DNA of 60,295 bases from Bacillales bacterium UBA7476 (GCA_002477275.1 DLOU01000046.1:25046-85340), one strand, 5' to 3'; numbered from the stretch's first letter, positions 46,161 to 57,894 are shown. Program-made: numbers and translations. Notes: generated by a model from the letters alone, not told the origin.

Positions 46161-46229
46161 AGGAATCTCCTTTCATTAACTTATTGTATTATATCATATT
46201 ACTTGTTTTTTTTAAATATTAAAAAGGAA

Positions 46230-46676
46230 CTATTGTTCTAGTTCCAATTCATCTTCATCCATTACTACCAAATCTTTATAATCATCATCAGTATCATCAC
46301 CGAACGAATCATCATTATCTGAATAATCATCTTCTTCTGGTTCATCAGAAATATCTTCTTCTTCTATTTCTTCTTCAAACTCTTCATCGTCATCTTCTTC
46401 TGTTGTTGATTTTATTACTTTATCTGATGTATAACGACTTCTTAAATCCCAGCAACCATCTTCTAATAGAATAAATCTCTTATCTGTTGCTAGTGATGTA
46501 TAATAATCACCTATTTTATTTTCTAATGTCTTTGCTGGTAAATCTAGCAATTTTATTATTTTTTCAAATAAATTCTTTGTGTTAATTGGTTTTTTACTTT
46601 CTTCTAATATTAAATTTGTAATATCTTTATTTGATAAAAGCTCTAATTCATCTTTGCTCATTTTATCTACTTTCAT
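46230..46676 (-). CDS. rpoE: RNA polymerase delta subunit
   Basis: 148 aa. It has an N-terminal HARE-HTH-like domain followed by a long Asp/Glu tail. Confidence 0.8.
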   Translation of the reverse strand: MKVDKMSKDELELLSNKDITNLILEESKKPINTKNLFEKIIKLLDLPAKTLENKIGDYYTSLATDKRFILLEDGCWDLRSRYTSDKVIKSTTEEDDDEEFEEEIEEEDISDEPEEDDYSDNDDSFGDDTDDDYKDLVVMDEDELELEQ

Positions 46677-46784
46677 AGTATCCTCCGTTTAAAGCATTAT
46701 ATGCAAAGCACTGCTTGTTATTTCTTAATAATAAATCATCAGTTAACTTTATATCATATATTCTATTTATATGCAATATATTTT

Positions 46785-48530
46785 TTACATTTTTTCTGGA
46801 ATATTTAATCCTAATATATCTAATAGTTCTATATTTATATTATAAACTAAGGATGTTAGAGCTATCCATGTTGTTTTTAATTCTTCATTTTCTTCTGTTA
46901 ATACTTTATTTTCATTATAGAAAGTATTATATGAACTAGTTAGTCTATAAATATAATCTGTTAATTCATTAAGTGATTTTTCTTCTAAACTCTTACTTAG
47001 TGCTCTAGGCATCTTTAATATCTCTAGAGCTACTTTTCTGTCTTCTTTATTATTTAATTTTATAAACTTATAATTTTTTTCTTCTGCCTTATTTAATAGT
47101 GATTTCATTCTTATTGTTGAATAAAGTAGATATGGGCCTGTTTTTCCTTCTAAACTTGTAAATTTTTCTGGATCAAATATATAATCTGTTTCTCTATATG
47201 GAATTAAGTCTGCATATTTTAAAGCAGCTATTCCTATCATTTTAGATGTTTCATCTTGCTTTTCTTCTTCTACTATATCTGTATTTAATCTCTTCTTAGT
47301 TTCTTCAGTAATGATTTTAATTAATTCTTTTAAACTCATTACTCCACCATCTCTTGTTTTAAATGGTTTTCCATCTTTTCCATTCATAGTTCCAAATCCA
47401 TAGTGATTTAGTTTTGTATCTTCACTTACTATTTTTGTTTTTCTAGCTGCTCTAAATACTTGTTCAAAGTATAAAGATTGTCTTATATCAGTAAAATACC
47501 AAAATTCATCTGGATTAAATCTTTTTACTCTTGAATATAGTGTTGCTATCTCTCTTGTTCCATAAAGTGTTCCTTCATTACTTTTTATGAATACTAAAGG
47601 TGGCATTGGAGCACTATCTTCTGGACTTATGACATCTATAACCTTTGCATCTTCACTTACTCTTAAGTAGTTGTTTTTTTCAAAGTTTTCTACTAGTTCA
47701 GGAATATACTCATAACACTCTGTTTCTCCCTCGTATAAATCAAAAGTTGTATTGATATCTTTATATACTTTCTTAATATCTTTTATTGATATTTCTTTTA
47801 TTTTATTCCAAAGTGAAACATATGCTTTATTACCTTCTTCTAATTCTTTTGTTATTTGAACTACTTCAGCCATTCTTTCTTCATCATTTTTTGCGGCAAT
47901 TGATGCAGTAGGATATATTTCTCCTAGTTCTTCTTCTGTAATATTTAATTCTATATCATCATAGTTTCCAGTAAACTCAACATTAAAGAAATCTAAATCA
48001 GGATATCTTCTTTTTATTTCTGATATTACCATTCCTGATTGTCTTCCAATATCACCAAAATGTACATCACTTATAACTTCTAGACCTAAATATTTAGCTA
48101 AACGTTTAACAGCTTCACCAATATTTGCTGATCTTAAATGTCCAACATGTAGTGTTTTAGCGATATTTGCTCCACCATAATCCATGAATATCTTTTTCTT
48201 TTCTACCATATCTACGTTGTTTTTTATGTTTTCTTTTATTTTGTTTAAAGACTCTTCTATAAACTTATCACTTAAGCTTATATTTATAAAACCAGGACCA
48301 GCTACATTAATATTTGTTAAATTATCATTTTCTTTTAATTTCTCTACTATTTTATTTGCAATAGAAACGGGAGACTCATGGTATACTTTTGCAAGTTTCA
48401 TTGCGTCATTTATTTGATAATCACCTAATTCTGGTCTTGAAGACGGAGTTAGAATAAAATTTTCAATACTATATCCAACTTCTTCTATTTCTTTTTTTAA
48501 TTCTTCTTCCAGACTTTTAATTATACTCAT
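46785..48530 (-). CDS. argS: arginine--tRNA ligase
   Basis: 581 aa. It has the HIGH-type motif LHVGHLRS, a class I Rossmann core and a DALR-like C-terminus. Confidence 0.93.
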   Translation of the reverse strand: MSIIKSLEEELKKEIEEVGYSIENFILTPSSRPELGDYQINDAMKLAKVYHESPVSIANKIVEKLKENDNLTNINVAGPGFINISLSDKFIEESLNKIKENIKNNVDMVEKKKIFMDYGGANIAKTLHVGHLRSANIGEAVKRLAKYLGLEVISDVHFGDIGRQSGMVISEIKRRYPDLDFFNVEFTGNYDDIELNITEEELGEIYPTASIAAKNDEERMAEVVQITKELEEGNKAYVSLWNKIKEISIKDIKKVYKDINTTFDLYEGETECYEYIPELVENFEKNNYLRVSEDAKVIDVISPEDSAPMPPLVFIKSNEGTLYGTREIATLYSRVKRFNPDEFWYFTDIRQSLYFEQVFRAARKTKIVSEDTKLNHYGFGTMNGKDGKPFKTRDGGVMSLKELIKIITEETKKRLNTDIVEEEKQDETSKMIGIAALKYADLIPYRETDYIFDPEKFTSLEGKTGPYLLYSTIRMKSLLNKAEEKNYKFIKLNNKEDRKVALEILKMPRALSKSLEEKSLNELTDYIYRLTSSYNTFYNENKVLTEENEELKTTWIALTSLVYNINIELLDILGLNIPEKM

Positions 48531-48889
48531 ATTTTCATCTCCTTTTCTATTCTGTATGTAAATTTATTATTATCTATTTCATATACTACTTCTATATAGT
48601 TATCTGTTTTTTCTAATTTTCTTGTTATAACTTCTACTTCTACTTCATTATTTAAATCTTTTATAAAAATTTTATTTTTTGTTTTGTAGTTTAAAAGAAA
48701 GTAATATGTTAATTTCATCTTTTCATTATCTCTTGTTAATATATTATTTTTGTAGTCAAAAGAAGTTATTGTTTTATCTTCTTCTTTATAAAATAGAGTT
48801 TCTTTTTCTTTATCATCATGAACTTCTACTTTATAATTATCTTTTGAGTCGATACTTTCTATTGAAATAGTGCATTCATAATTTTCCAT
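48527..48889 (-). CDS. DUF1934 (YwiB-like) protein
   Basis: 120 aa. It overlaps the argS start by 4 nt. This is the conserved Firmicute ywiB-argS arrangement. Confidence 0.65.
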   Translation of the reverse strand: MENYECTISIESIDSKDNYKVEVHDDKEKETLFYKEEDKTITSFDYKNNILTRDNEKMKLTYYFLLNYKTKNKIFIKDLNNEVEVEVITRKLEKTDNYIEVVYEIDNNKFTYRIEKEMKI

Positions 48890-49023
48890 ATAAAGATCTC
48901 CCTTCTTTTCTATCTGTGATTATAACATATCTTTAATTTTTTTTATACATATTTTACTTGTTTTAGAAAATACTATACTTAGATAATTTTATAGTAGTCT
49001 TTTGATTTGAAAGGATTGGTTTT

Positions 49024-50988
49024 ATGAAATTTAGAAAATTTATTGTAAGAAGTTTTTTTCTTTTATTAATTTTTTCTTTTTTACTAGTTGGAAGTGCTAC
49101 TATATATGCTAAAGTGATGCCAAAACCTCAGATAAATGTCGCTAATAGAATAGTTTTTTATGATAATAATAATGAAGTTTTTTCTATGGGTGCAAGCAAC
49201 AGCAATTGGGTTAAGTTAAATGACATTTCAAGCTATGTGGTTGATGCGACCATTTCAGTTGAGGATAAAAATTTTTATAAACATTATGGATTTGATTTTT
49301 TAAGAATATTAAAGGCTGGATATATTAATATCAAAAGTCATAAAACTAAACAAGGTGCATCTACTATTACACAGCAGTATGCAAAAAACTTATTTTTAGA
49401 TTTTGATAAAACTTGGAAAAGAAAATGGAACGAAGCTTTATATACTATTAGACTTGAGGAAAACTATGATAAAGATGAGATACTAGAAGGATATTTAAAT
49501 ACTATTAATTATGGACATGGAGTATATGGTATAGAGAATGCTAGTCATTTTTACTTTAATAAAAGTGCAAGTGAACTTTCTCTTTCTGAATCTTCTATGC
49601 TTGTTGGTATTCCTAAAGCTCCAAGTAATTATTCACCAATTGTTAATCCTGAACTAGCTAAAGAAAGGCAGAAGACTATTTTAGAGGCTATGGTTAAAAA
49701 TAATAAAATAACTGAAGAGGAAATGAATTCTGCTTTAGATGAAAAGCTTGAATATTATGGAAAAAAAGAAACTAATGATTTAAAAACAGTAATGTATTAT
49801 CAAGATGCTGTACTAAACGAACTTAAGACTATTAAAAGTATTCCTTCTTCTTATATAGAAACAAAGGGTATAAAAATTTATACTAATTTAGATATAAAAG
49901 CGCAAACTAATTTAGAAAAGGCAATTGATGAGGAATTACCAGAAGATTCTGATATACAGGTTGCTAGTGTTATGATGAATCCTAAAAATGGTAGAATTAT
50001 TGCTCTTGTTGGAGGAAAAGATTATAATTATTCTCAGTTTAATAGAGCAATTAGTGCTAAGAGACAAGTTGGTTCAACTATGAAACCTTATCTTTATTAT
50101 GCTGCTCTTGAGAATGGATTTACTTCTAGTAGTGCTTTTACAAGTGAGGCAACTACTTTTACTTTTTCGGAAAGTGAAGATTATAGTCCTAAAAATTATA
50201 ATGATAAATATGCTAATAAACCTATTTCAATGGCAACTGCTATTAGTTATTCTGACAATATATATGCTGTAAAAACAAATCTTTTTTTGGGAAGTGAAGC
50301 TATGATTAATGTTGTTAAACGAGTTGGTATAAATGAAAAGATGCCTAATGTTCCTTCTCTTCCTCTTGGGACTAAAGAAATAGGTATTATTGATATGACA
50401 AAGGGTTATTCTTGTTTTGCTAATCTTGGTGAAAAGGTTAATCCTCATTTTATTCAAAAAGTGGAAGATAATAATGGTAATGTTTTATATGAGGCTAATG
50501 AAGATAATGAAGTTGTTTTAAATAGTAGTTTAACTTTTATATTAAACAATATGCTTACTTCTACTTATGATCCTCTTTATATTGATTATAACTATCCTAC
50601 AGCTATTTCTCTTTCTTCTAAATTAAAACATAAATATGCTTTAAAAAGTGGTACTACTGAAGGAGATAATTGGCATATTGGATTTAATAGAGATATAATT
50701 ACATCTGTTTGGATTGGATATGATAATAACCAAACTCTAAAGACAACTGAATATAAATATGGCCAAAATATTTGGTATAAAGCTATAGAAGCTTATGAAG
50801 AAGGAAAAGAAGATGCTTGGTATGATATTCCTAAAAATGTTAATGGTGTATTTGTTGATCCTATCTCTGGCAAAGCTGCAAGTGATGAAACTAAAAATAA
50901 AAAACTAATGTATTTTATAAAAGGAACAGAACCAGCTGATACAGAAGAAGTATTTGATGAAAAAATAGATACTATTAAAAAAAGTTAA
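49024..50988 (+). CDS. class A penicillin-binding protein (PBP1A family, glycosyltransferase + transpeptidase)
   Basis: 654 aa. It has the GT51 motif EDKNFYKHYGFD, then STMKP (SxxK), YSDN (SxN) and KSGTT (KTG). Confidence 0.92.
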   Translation: MKFRKFIVRSFFLLLIFSFLLVGSATIYAKVMPKPQINVANRIVFYDNNNEVFSMGASNSNWVKLNDISSYVVDATISVEDKNFYKHYGFDFLRILKAGYINIKSHKTKQGASTITQQYAKNLFLDFDKTWKRKWNEALYTIRLEENYDKDEILEGYLNTINYGHGVYGIENASHFYFNKSASELSLSESSMLVGIPKAPSNYSPIVNPELAKERQKTILEAMVKNNKITEEEMNSALDEKLEYYGKKETNDLKTVMYYQDAVLNELKTIKSIPSSYIETKGIKIYTNLDIKAQTNLEKAIDEELPEDSDIQVASVMMNPKNGRIIALVGGKDYNYSQFNRAISAKRQVGSTMKPYLYYAALENGFTSSSAFTSEATTFTFSESEDYSPKNYNDKYANKPISMATAISYSDNIYAVKTNLFLGSEAMINVVKRVGINEKMPNVPSLPLGTKEIGIIDMTKGYSCFANLGEKVNPHFIQKVEDNNGNVLYEANEDNEVVLNSSLTFILNNMLTSTYDPLYIDYNYPTAISLSSKLKHKYALKSGTTEGDNWHIGFNRDIITSVWIGYDNNQTLKTTEYKYGQNIWYKAIEAYEEGKEDAWYDIPKNVNGVFVDPISGKAASDETKNKKLMYFIKGTEPADTEEVFDEKIDTIKKS

Positions 50989-51059
50989 CTAATTTTTAGT
51001 ATATACAATTGAATACTTGCCTTTATTTTGATATACTTATTCATGATAGAGGTGGTTTT

Positions 51060-51596
51060 ATGAAGTATCTTATAATACTTGCTGTTGCTATTATACTAGT
51101 TGTTATATTTATTGTTGTATTATCTAATTGTAAATATAGATTTAAGATATTAAATATTAAAATAGATGAAGCTAATAGTAATATTAACTTATTTTTACAG
51201 AAGAAAAAGAGTTTACTTGATAATATAATTAAAGAATTAGTTGAAAAAGAAAAAGATGAAGGTAGATTTGGAGACTTCATCGATAATATAAATAATGAAA
51301 AAGATTCATTTAGGCTTCATTCTAAATTAAGTAAAACTTATTCAAATGTATCAAAGATACTTTTTGATAATGATAAACTTGCTAAAGATGAAAATATTGT
51401 TAAATATCTTACTGAGTTAAAAGCAAATGATGAAGATTTAATTGGTTCAATTAAGTTTTATAATGATACTATAGTAGATTATAATGGTTTAATAAAAATG
51501 TTTCCATATAAAATTGTAGCAAGTATGTCTAAATATACTGAAAAAACTTTCTATAATAATGAGAAAGAAGAATTATTTGAAATATTAAAACAATAA
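51060..51596 (+). CDS. LemA-family membrane protein
   Basis: It has an N-terminal TM helix and FYNDTIVDYNGLIKMFPYKIVA. The start at 51060 lies behind GAGGTGG. The track start is 51009. Confidence 0.6.
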   Translation: MKYLIILAVAIILVVIFIVVLSNCKYRFKILNIKIDEANSNINLFLQKKKSLLDNIIKELVEKEKDEGRFGDFIDNINNEKDSFRLHSKLSKTYSNVSKILFDNDKLAKDENIVKYLTELKANDEDLIGSIKFYNDTIVDYNGLIKMFPYKIVASMSKYTEKTFYNNEKEELFEILKQ

Positions 51597-51617
51597 GAGT
51601 ATGTAATACATACTCTT

Positions 51618-52277
51618 TTATATTTGCCAATTTATTGGTTTAATTCCTTTTGATTCTAAAAAGTTATTTGTTTTTGAAAAAGGTTTACTTCCAAAGAAAC
51701 CATTATAAGCTGAAAATGGTGATGGATGAGGAGACTCTATTATGAAGTGGTTTGGATTAGTAATTAGTTTCTTTTTATTTCTTGCAAAGTTTCCCCATAG
51801 TATAAATACTACTGGTTCTTCTTTTTCATTAATTACTTTTATTACTTCATCAGTAAATGTTTCCCAACCTATCATTTGATGTGATGCTGGTTTCTTTTCT
51901 TCTACAGTAAGAACTGCATTTAAGAGTAATACTCCTTCTTTTGCCCATGGGATAAGTGAGTTATTATTGGATACTTTTATTCCTAAATCACTTTCTAATT
52001 CTTTAAATATGTTTTGAAGTGATGGCGGCCTTGATACTGTATTTTTTACTGAGAATGATAATCCTTCAGCTTGATTTTCTCCATGATATGGATCTTGACC
52101 AATAATAACTACTTTTAAATTTTCATATGTTGTATATCTAAATGCATTAAATATCTCATTTTTAGGTGGATAACAAGTCTTTTCTTTGTACTCTTTTTCT
52201 ACTTGTTTTAATATTTCTTTAAAATAATCTTTATTAAATTCATCCTTTAAATACGTATCCCAGCTGTTTCCTATCAT
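51618..52277 (-). CDS. ung: uracil-DNA glycosylase
   Basis: 219 aa. It has VIIGQDPYHG and SPHPSPFSA. Confidence 0.95.
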   Translation of the reverse strand: MIGNSWDTYLKDEFNKDYFKEILKQVEKEYKEKTCYPPKNEIFNAFRYTTYENLKVVIIGQDPYHGENQAEGLSFSVKNTVSRPPSLQNIFKELESDLGIKVSNNNSLIPWAKEGVLLLNAVLTVEEKKPASHQMIGWETFTDEVIKVINEKEEPVVFILWGNFARNKKKLITNPNHFIIESPHPSPFSAYNGFFGSKPFSKTNNFLESKGIKPINWQI

Positions 52278-52334
52278 TATTTCACCTCTTTTTCTTTATT
52301 ATAACAATAAAAAAGTAAATCATAAAGACTTGAT

Positions 52335-52790
52335 TTACTTGTGATAACTTTCATTATTATTTATTTTATACGCTCTATATATTTGTTCTAAAAGAAGTAC
52401 TCTAAATAGTTGATGTGGAAAAGTCATTTTTGAGAAGGATAATTTGTAGTTAGAAAGACTTCTTACTTCTTCTGATAAGCCATAACTACCACCTATTATA
52501 AAAGTAATATTACTATACTCTATTTGTTTTTTATCTATTAGTGATGCAAGTTCTACTGAGTCTATCATATTTCCTTTTATTTCTAGTGTTACTATATAGT
52601 CTTTCTGATTTAGGCATTTTAGTATTTTTTCTCCTTCTGTTTTCATAGCTTTTACTGGTTCAGCTAATCCTTCATCAGGTATTTCTACTATTTCCAATTT
52701 TGTATATTTAGATAGTCTTTTTTTATACTCTTCTATAGCTTCTCTTAGATAGTTTTCTTTTATTTTTCCTACACATATTATCTTTATCAT
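52335..52790 (-). CDS. rlmH: 23S rRNA (pseudouridine1915-N3)-methyltransferase
   Basis: 151 aa SPOUT fold. It has FIIGGSYGLS and MTFPHQLFRVLLLEQIYRA. Confidence 0.92.
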   Translation of the reverse strand: MIKIICVGKIKENYLREAIEEYKKRLSKYTKLEIVEIPDEGLAEPVKAMKTEGEKILKCLNQKDYIVTLEIKGNMIDSVELASLIDKKQIEYSNITFIIGGSYGLSEEVRSLSNYKLSFSKMTFPHQLFRVLLLEQIYRAYKINNNESYHK

Positions 52791-52820
52791 ATTAATCCTT
52801 TCTCTACTAAAAAGAGGTAT

Positions 52821-53585
52821 CTATACCTCTACTAGTTTACTTTCTTCATCTTGGGTCGCTATTACTATTTCTACGTCCTTTTTTAGAACCTTTTCTGCTT
52901 CTTTTAATACAAGTTCATGTGTATTATTTTTCTCACTTATATGAGCTAAAAATACATATTTAGTATTCTTTCCTACTATTTGTTTTAAGTATTCACATGT
53001 TTGTCTATTTGATAAATGGCCCTCATCTCCAACAACTCTTTGTTTTAAGAATGGTGGATATGGTCCATTCATAAGCATTTCTTCATCGTGATTACTTTCT
53101 ATTAAATATAAATCTTTATCTGTAATTTTAGGTAGTATCTTTTTATTTATATATCCAGTATCTGTTATATGAACAAGAGTTTTTCCATCATATGTAATCA
53201 TAAAACCTACTGAACAAGGAACATCATGTGATGTATGAATTAATTCTATATTAACATTTGTTAACTTATTTTTATCTTTTATAAATATTACTCTGTTTTT
53301 TGGTACTATATTTTGAAGTTCTTCATACATCTTTTCAGGTATCAATATTTTTAAATTTGTTTTCTTTATTATACTTTGTAATCCTTTTATATGGTCGCTA
53401 TGACTGTGGGAAATAAGTATTCCTGTTAAATCATTTATTGAAATATCTATTTTCTCTAATCTTGCTTTTAATGTTGGAAAGGAAATTCCAATATCGATTA
53501 GTAATTTTATATTATTACATATTACGATAGAGCAATTTCCTTTTGATCCACTTGCTAAAGTTTCAAATTTCATTTTAGTATGCAC
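52821..53585 (-). CDS. MBL-fold metallo-hydrolase (YycJ/WalJ-like)
   Basis: 254 aa. It has ISHSHSDHIKG. Its position upstream of rlmH matches B. subtilis yycJ. Confidence 0.8.
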   Translation of the reverse strand: MHTKMKFETLASGSKGNCSIVICNNIKLLIDIGISFPTLKARLEKIDISINDLTGILISHSHSDHIKGLQSIIKKTNLKILIPEKMYEELQNIVPKNRVIFIKDKNKLTNVNIELIHTSHDVPCSVGFMITYDGKTLVHITDTGYINKKILPKITDKDLYLIESNHDEEMLMNGPYPPFLKQRVVGDEGHLSNRQTCEYLKQIVGKNTKYVFLAHISEKNNTHELVLKEAEKVLKKDVEIVIATQDEESKLVEV

Positions 53586-55092
53586 TTAATGGGTTAAGTG
53601 AACGTCCTCCATAATAAGGGAATCCTGACCATAAACCAAAGTGTAAGTGTGTACCTGTTGCTGCTCCTGTATGTCCCATACCACCAATTACTTGTCCTTT
53701 TGTAACATTGTCTCCTTTTGATACATATCTACATCCTGGACAAAGGTGTGCATATATTGTGTAGAATCCATTATGGTGATCGATAATTATATATTCTCCA
53801 TTATCACCATATCCTCCAGCATATCCACCTGTTTTCTTCTGAGACGCAACTACTGTTCCTGATTGAGCTGCAAAAATATTAGAACCATATCCACAACCAG
53901 CTATATCTACACCATCATGTAAATATCCCCAACGATAGCCATATCCACTTGATACTGATGAACATGATGCTGGCCAGCCCCAGTCTCCTGCTGTAGCAAC
54001 GACTGTTCCATAACCACCACCACTATAGTTAGATTGTTTTCCACCTTTGATAATTATTTCATTTGTAACTGGTTTTACTTCTTCAGTACTAACTGTTACG
54101 ATATTTGTTGTCTCACCATTTATTTTTCTTATCTTTTGAGTAACTTTATTAACTCCATTAACTCCTTGCTGTTCAACATGTATGTATCCAACTAATTGTG
54201 AGTTATCATATCTTGTTTCTGTTGAATACTTCTTTTCTTCTAAAGATACTTCTTCATTTTCTTGTACTATATTAAATTGTGGACGAAGTATACCAATATT
54301 TACTGTTTCACCTTCATATAAAAGTGAATTTGCATTTTTAAACGTTGGATTAATAAGTAAGAATTCGTCCGTTGACATCTTATTATTATAAGCAACAGTT
54401 TCTATTGTGTCTCCATTTTTTACAGTATAAGGTTGCTCTGCATCTCCAGAACCAAATAATAAGTATTTTGTTAATTCATCTGTTGTTAAATATATTTTTT
54501 CATTTGCTGATATATTTTGCTGTTTTATTTTTATTTCATTTTCAATATATATTTTTTCTATTATTTTTCCTGTATCTACTATTTCTTGTTTTTTATTTTC
54601 ACTATAAGTAGCATAATCATCTTTACTAATAAACGCTCTTACTGTTTTATCCACAGCTTCTGTGAATATTTTTTTATCAAGAACATATATTTTTTGTGTC
54701 TTTTTGGATGAAGCTTCAACAGTGGATGAAGTTGTACTTACACCTTTTACTGTTATAACATATCCTTTAATAGTAAAATCACTTTTATCTTCTATCATTG
54801 AATAAATTTCTTGTGTTGAATAAATCTTTTCATTATATGTTATTTCTTTTTGAATATGTAAATTATCTGGAGCATATACTTTTTTAACATTATATTTCTT
54901 TTTTATTTCTTCCTGTTTATTATCTATGTACTTTTCTAAAGCGCTTTTTGATTTAATTAAACCTAATGGCTGTCCTCCTAAATATACTCTGTATACTTCT
55001 TGAGGAGTCGTATTAAATTTTTTTAATCCCATAGATAAGGTTGATATTACTAAAATCATCAAGAACAATGATATTTTCTTTATTTTATTCAT
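53575..55092 (-). CDS. secreted M23 peptidase with LysM and G5-like domains
   Basis: 505 aa. It has a signal or TM anchor, a LysM domain (YTVKNGDTIETVAYNNKMSTDEFLLINP), a G5-like segment, and an M23 core with GTHLHFGLW. Confidence 0.8.
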   Translation of the reverse strand: MNKIKKISLFLMILVISTLSMGLKKFNTTPQEVYRVYLGGQPLGLIKSKSALEKYIDNKQEEIKKKYNVKKVYAPDNLHIQKEITYNEKIYSTQEIYSMIEDKSDFTIKGYVITVKGVSTTSSTVEASSKKTQKIYVLDKKIFTEAVDKTVRAFISKDDYATYSENKKQEIVDTGKIIEKIYIENEIKIKQQNISANEKIYLTTDELTKYLLFGSGDAEQPYTVKNGDTIETVAYNNKMSTDEFLLINPTFKNANSLLYEGETVNIGILRPQFNIVQENEEVSLEEKKYSTETRYDNSQLVGYIHVEQQGVNGVNKVTQKIRKINGETTNIVTVSTEEVKPVTNEIIIKGGKQSNYSGGGYGTVVATAGDWGWPASCSSVSSGYGYRWGYLHDGVDIAGCGYGSNIFAAQSGTVVASQKKTGGYAGGYGDNGEYIIIDHHNGFYTIYAHLCPGCRYVSKGDNVTKGQVIGGMGHTGAATGTHLHFGLWSGFPYYGGRSLNPLSAY

Positions 55093-55104
55093 ATTTTTAC
55101 CTCT

Positions 55105-56460
55105 TTATCCCTCGTTATTCACTATATCTTCTTTTCTTAAATTTAAGAATGTACTTGTGTTTTTCTTAAATAATAATTGTATTGTATCTGTTGGTCCATT
55201 ACGATGTTTTGCAATAATAAATTCACTTATACTTGTATTATCTTCGTTTCTTGCTTCTTTATTATAATAATCATCTCTATATAAGAAAGAAACAATATCT
55301 GCATCTTGCTCGATTGATCCAGATTCACGAAGATCACTCATTAATGGTCTTTTGTCTTCACGACTTTCAACAGCACGTGATAACTGAGCAAGTGCTATTA
55401 CTGGGCAATGTAATTCCATCGCCATGGTTTTTAATGCTCTTGATACATCAGATACTTCTTGTTGTCTGTTTGTACCATAGTTTTTTCCACCAGAAATTAG
55501 CTGTAAGTAGTCAATTATTACTAATCCTAATCCTTTTTCAGAACTAGCTAATCTTCTACATTTGGCTCTTATTTCACCTATTGTTATACCTGGAGTATCA
55601 TCTATGAAGATGTTTGTATCTTCTAGTTGACTTACAGCCTCATTAACTCTTTTCCAGTCTTCATTCATTAATCTTCCTGTTTGAAGTTTATATCCTTCTA
55701 TTTGTCCAAGAGATGAAATAATACGCATTGCAAGTTGTTCAGCACCCATCTCTAAATTGAATAAGGCAACTGTTTTTCCTGAGTTTATTGCAACATTTGT
55801 TGCTAGGTTTAATGCAAATGCAGTTTTACCCATTGCAGGACGCGCAGCTATTATTATAAGTTGATTTTCATGAAGTCCAGCTGTTAATTTATCAAAATCA
55901 TACCATCCAGTTGCAAGGCCTGTAATTTCACCTTTTGATTCGGCTAATTGTTCAAGATTTGCTTCTGCTCTTGACATTACTTCTTGGATTGATTTAAATT
56001 CTGAAGTTTTTCTGTTTTTTATAATATTTAATATTTTTCTTTCAGCATTATCTAACGTTTCATTAACATCATCAGTTTGCTCATATCCTTCTGTTGCAAT
56101 CGATGTAGCTGTTTCTATTAGATTTCTTAGTATAGCTGTTTCTTCTACACCTTTTATATAATAATCTATGTTAGTAGCTGTAGGAACAAAAGTTAATATT
56201 TCTGTTAAATACTCTACCCCACCTACTTCTGATAACATCTTTTGATTTTGTAATTCACTAGTAACCGTAGTTAAATCTAGTGGTATTTTATTATCATATA
56301 ATTTTTTTACTGCAGAAAATATCTTTCCGTTTTTTTCATCGAAAAATTTTTCAGATGTTAAACTATCACAAGCTTTTTCTAATGCATATTTTGATAAAAA
56401 GCATGCACCTAAAACAGATTTTTCTGCTTCTATATTATTTGGCATTGTTCTAAGTGCCAT
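55105..56460 (-). CDS. dnaB: replicative DNA helicase
   Basis: 451 aa. It has PNNIEAEKSVLG, Walker A ARPAMGKTAF and RESGSIEQDAD. Confidence 0.96.
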   Translation of the reverse strand: MALRTMPNNIEAEKSVLGACFLSKYALEKACDSLTSEKFFDEKNGKIFSAVKKLYDNKIPLDLTTVTSELQNQKMLSEVGGVEYLTEILTFVPTATNIDYYIKGVEETAILRNLIETATSIATEGYEQTDDVNETLDNAERKILNIIKNRKTSEFKSIQEVMSRAEANLEQLAESKGEITGLATGWYDFDKLTAGLHENQLIIIAARPAMGKTAFALNLATNVAINSGKTVALFNLEMGAEQLAMRIISSLGQIEGYKLQTGRLMNEDWKRVNEAVSQLEDTNIFIDDTPGITIGEIRAKCRRLASSEKGLGLVIIDYLQLISGGKNYGTNRQQEVSDVSRALKTMAMELHCPVIALAQLSRAVESREDKRPLMSDLRESGSIEQDADIVSFLYRDDYYNKEARNEDNTSISEFIIAKHRNGPTDTIQLLFKKNTSTFLNLRKEDIVNNEG

Positions 56461-56470
56461 ATTACCACCT

Positions 56471-56911
56471 CTATTTTATTACGTGTACTTTTACTTTTGC
56501 TGTTATTTTTTGATATAACTCAATAGTAATATAATGGAACCCTAATGATGATATTGGGCTATCTATTATTATTTGATTTTTATCAATTTTATATTTTTTC
56601 TTTGAAAGTTCATCTTTTATCTGTTTAACACTTACACTTCCAAATACTTTATCGCCTTCACCAGTTCTTACTTTAAATTCTAGTGTCTCTTTTTCTAATT
56701 TTTCTTTTAGTATTTTAGCTTCTTCTGTGTTCTTTTCATCTAAGTCTTTTTCGTTTTTCTTTTCACGTTCTAAGGCTTTTAGATTTCTATCATTTACTGG
56801 TATTGCATATCCATTTTTTATTAAAAAGTTTTCTGCATAACCATCTTTAACAGTTTTAATTTCTCCTTTTTTACCTTGTTTTTTTAAGTCTTTTATAAAT
56901 ATTACTTGCAT
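56471..56911 (-). CDS. rplI: 50S ribosomal protein L9
   Basis: 146 aa. It begins [30 protein letters not shown]. Confidence 0.95.
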   Translation of the reverse strand: MQVIFIKDLKKQGKKGEIKTVKDGYAENFLIKNGYAIPVNDRNLKALEREKKNEKDLDEKNTEEAKILKEKLEKETLEFKVRTGEGDKVFGSVSVKQIKDELSKKKYKIDKNQIIIDSPISSLGFHYITIELYQKITAKVKVHVIK

Positions 56912-57894
56912 TATTTACCCTCCTCTTTTAGAAGTTTTTTTATGTCAGTTACTATTTCACTTATTTTTTTATTAGTTATAGTAGCAGCACCATTATTTTC
57001 GTTTCCACCACCGCCTAATTTGGTCATTAGTGGTTCTATATTTCTTTCAATACTTCTTGCAGAAACTCCAACTTCTTCTTTACCTATTTTACCTATAACT
57101 ATAGAAATTTCAATATCATTAAAGAAAAGAAGTGTATCTGCTATTCTAGCTAAGTCTTGCCTTCTATATATTGCATTAGGTGAAGATTTAGCAATTGCTA
57201 TATTACCATCTACTATATCAATATTAGTAAGTAACTTTTGTTCTTCTGAATAACTATTTAAATCTTGTTTTAATAAGTATTGAACTTTCTTTGTACTAGC
57301 TCCATAAACTGATAAATAGTATGCTGTATAAAATGTTTCAGCATGAGTATTTAACATAAAGTTGTTAGTATCAAGTGTTATTCCTGCTAGTAATAGAGTT
57401 GCAACATATGATGTAAATTTAATGTTGTATAAATCAGATACTCTTACAATTAGTTCACATGCACTTGATGCTTTTGTATCAATTAGTATTAATCCTTCTT
57501 TTATTGAGGTTTTTCCTAATTCATGATGATCTAATACTACTCTTTTTTGCATTAAATCTAATGCTTTTTTTGATTGAACTAATTCTTTCTTGTTAGTATC
57601 TAATATAATAAGTAAATTTTTCTTATTTCTCTTGTGCATATTTTCTTCAATTTCATTTGAAGTTATTATATTATAACATCCTTCTATTTCATGTAATACT
57701 TTTTTTACACCCATTTCATGTTCTGTATCATCAATAATGATATAACATTTCTTGTTTAATTTTTGAAGAATGTAGCACATTCCAATATTACTTGAGATTG
57801 CATCTAAATCGAGATTCTTGTGTCCCATGATGAATATATTATCAGATGTTTTGATTAATTTTTTTATCTTTTTTAGTTCATCTTTTTCTTTCAC
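56911..57894 (-). CDS. DHH/DHHA1 phosphoesterase in the GdpP (yybT) position but lacking TM/PAS/GGDEF-like domains
   Basis: 327 aa. It has [18 protein letters not shown] and [11 protein letters not shown]. It lies immediately upstream of rplI-dnaB. Confidence 0.75.
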   Translation of the reverse strand: MKEKDELKKIKKLIKTSDNIFIMGHKNLDLDAISSNIGMCYILQKLNKKCYIIIDDTEHEMGVKKVLHEIEGCYNIITSNEIEENMHKRNKKNLLIILDTNKKELVQSKKALDLMQKRVVLDHHELGKTSIKEGLILIDTKASSACELIVRVSDLYNIKFTSYVATLLLAGITLDTNNFMLNTHAETFYTAYYLSVYGASTKKVQYLLKQDLNSYSEEQKLLTNIDIVDGNIAIAKSSPNAIYRRQDLARIADTLLFFNDIEISIVIGKIGKEEVGVSARSIERNIEPLMTKLGGGGNENNGAATITNKKISEIVTDIKKLLKEEGK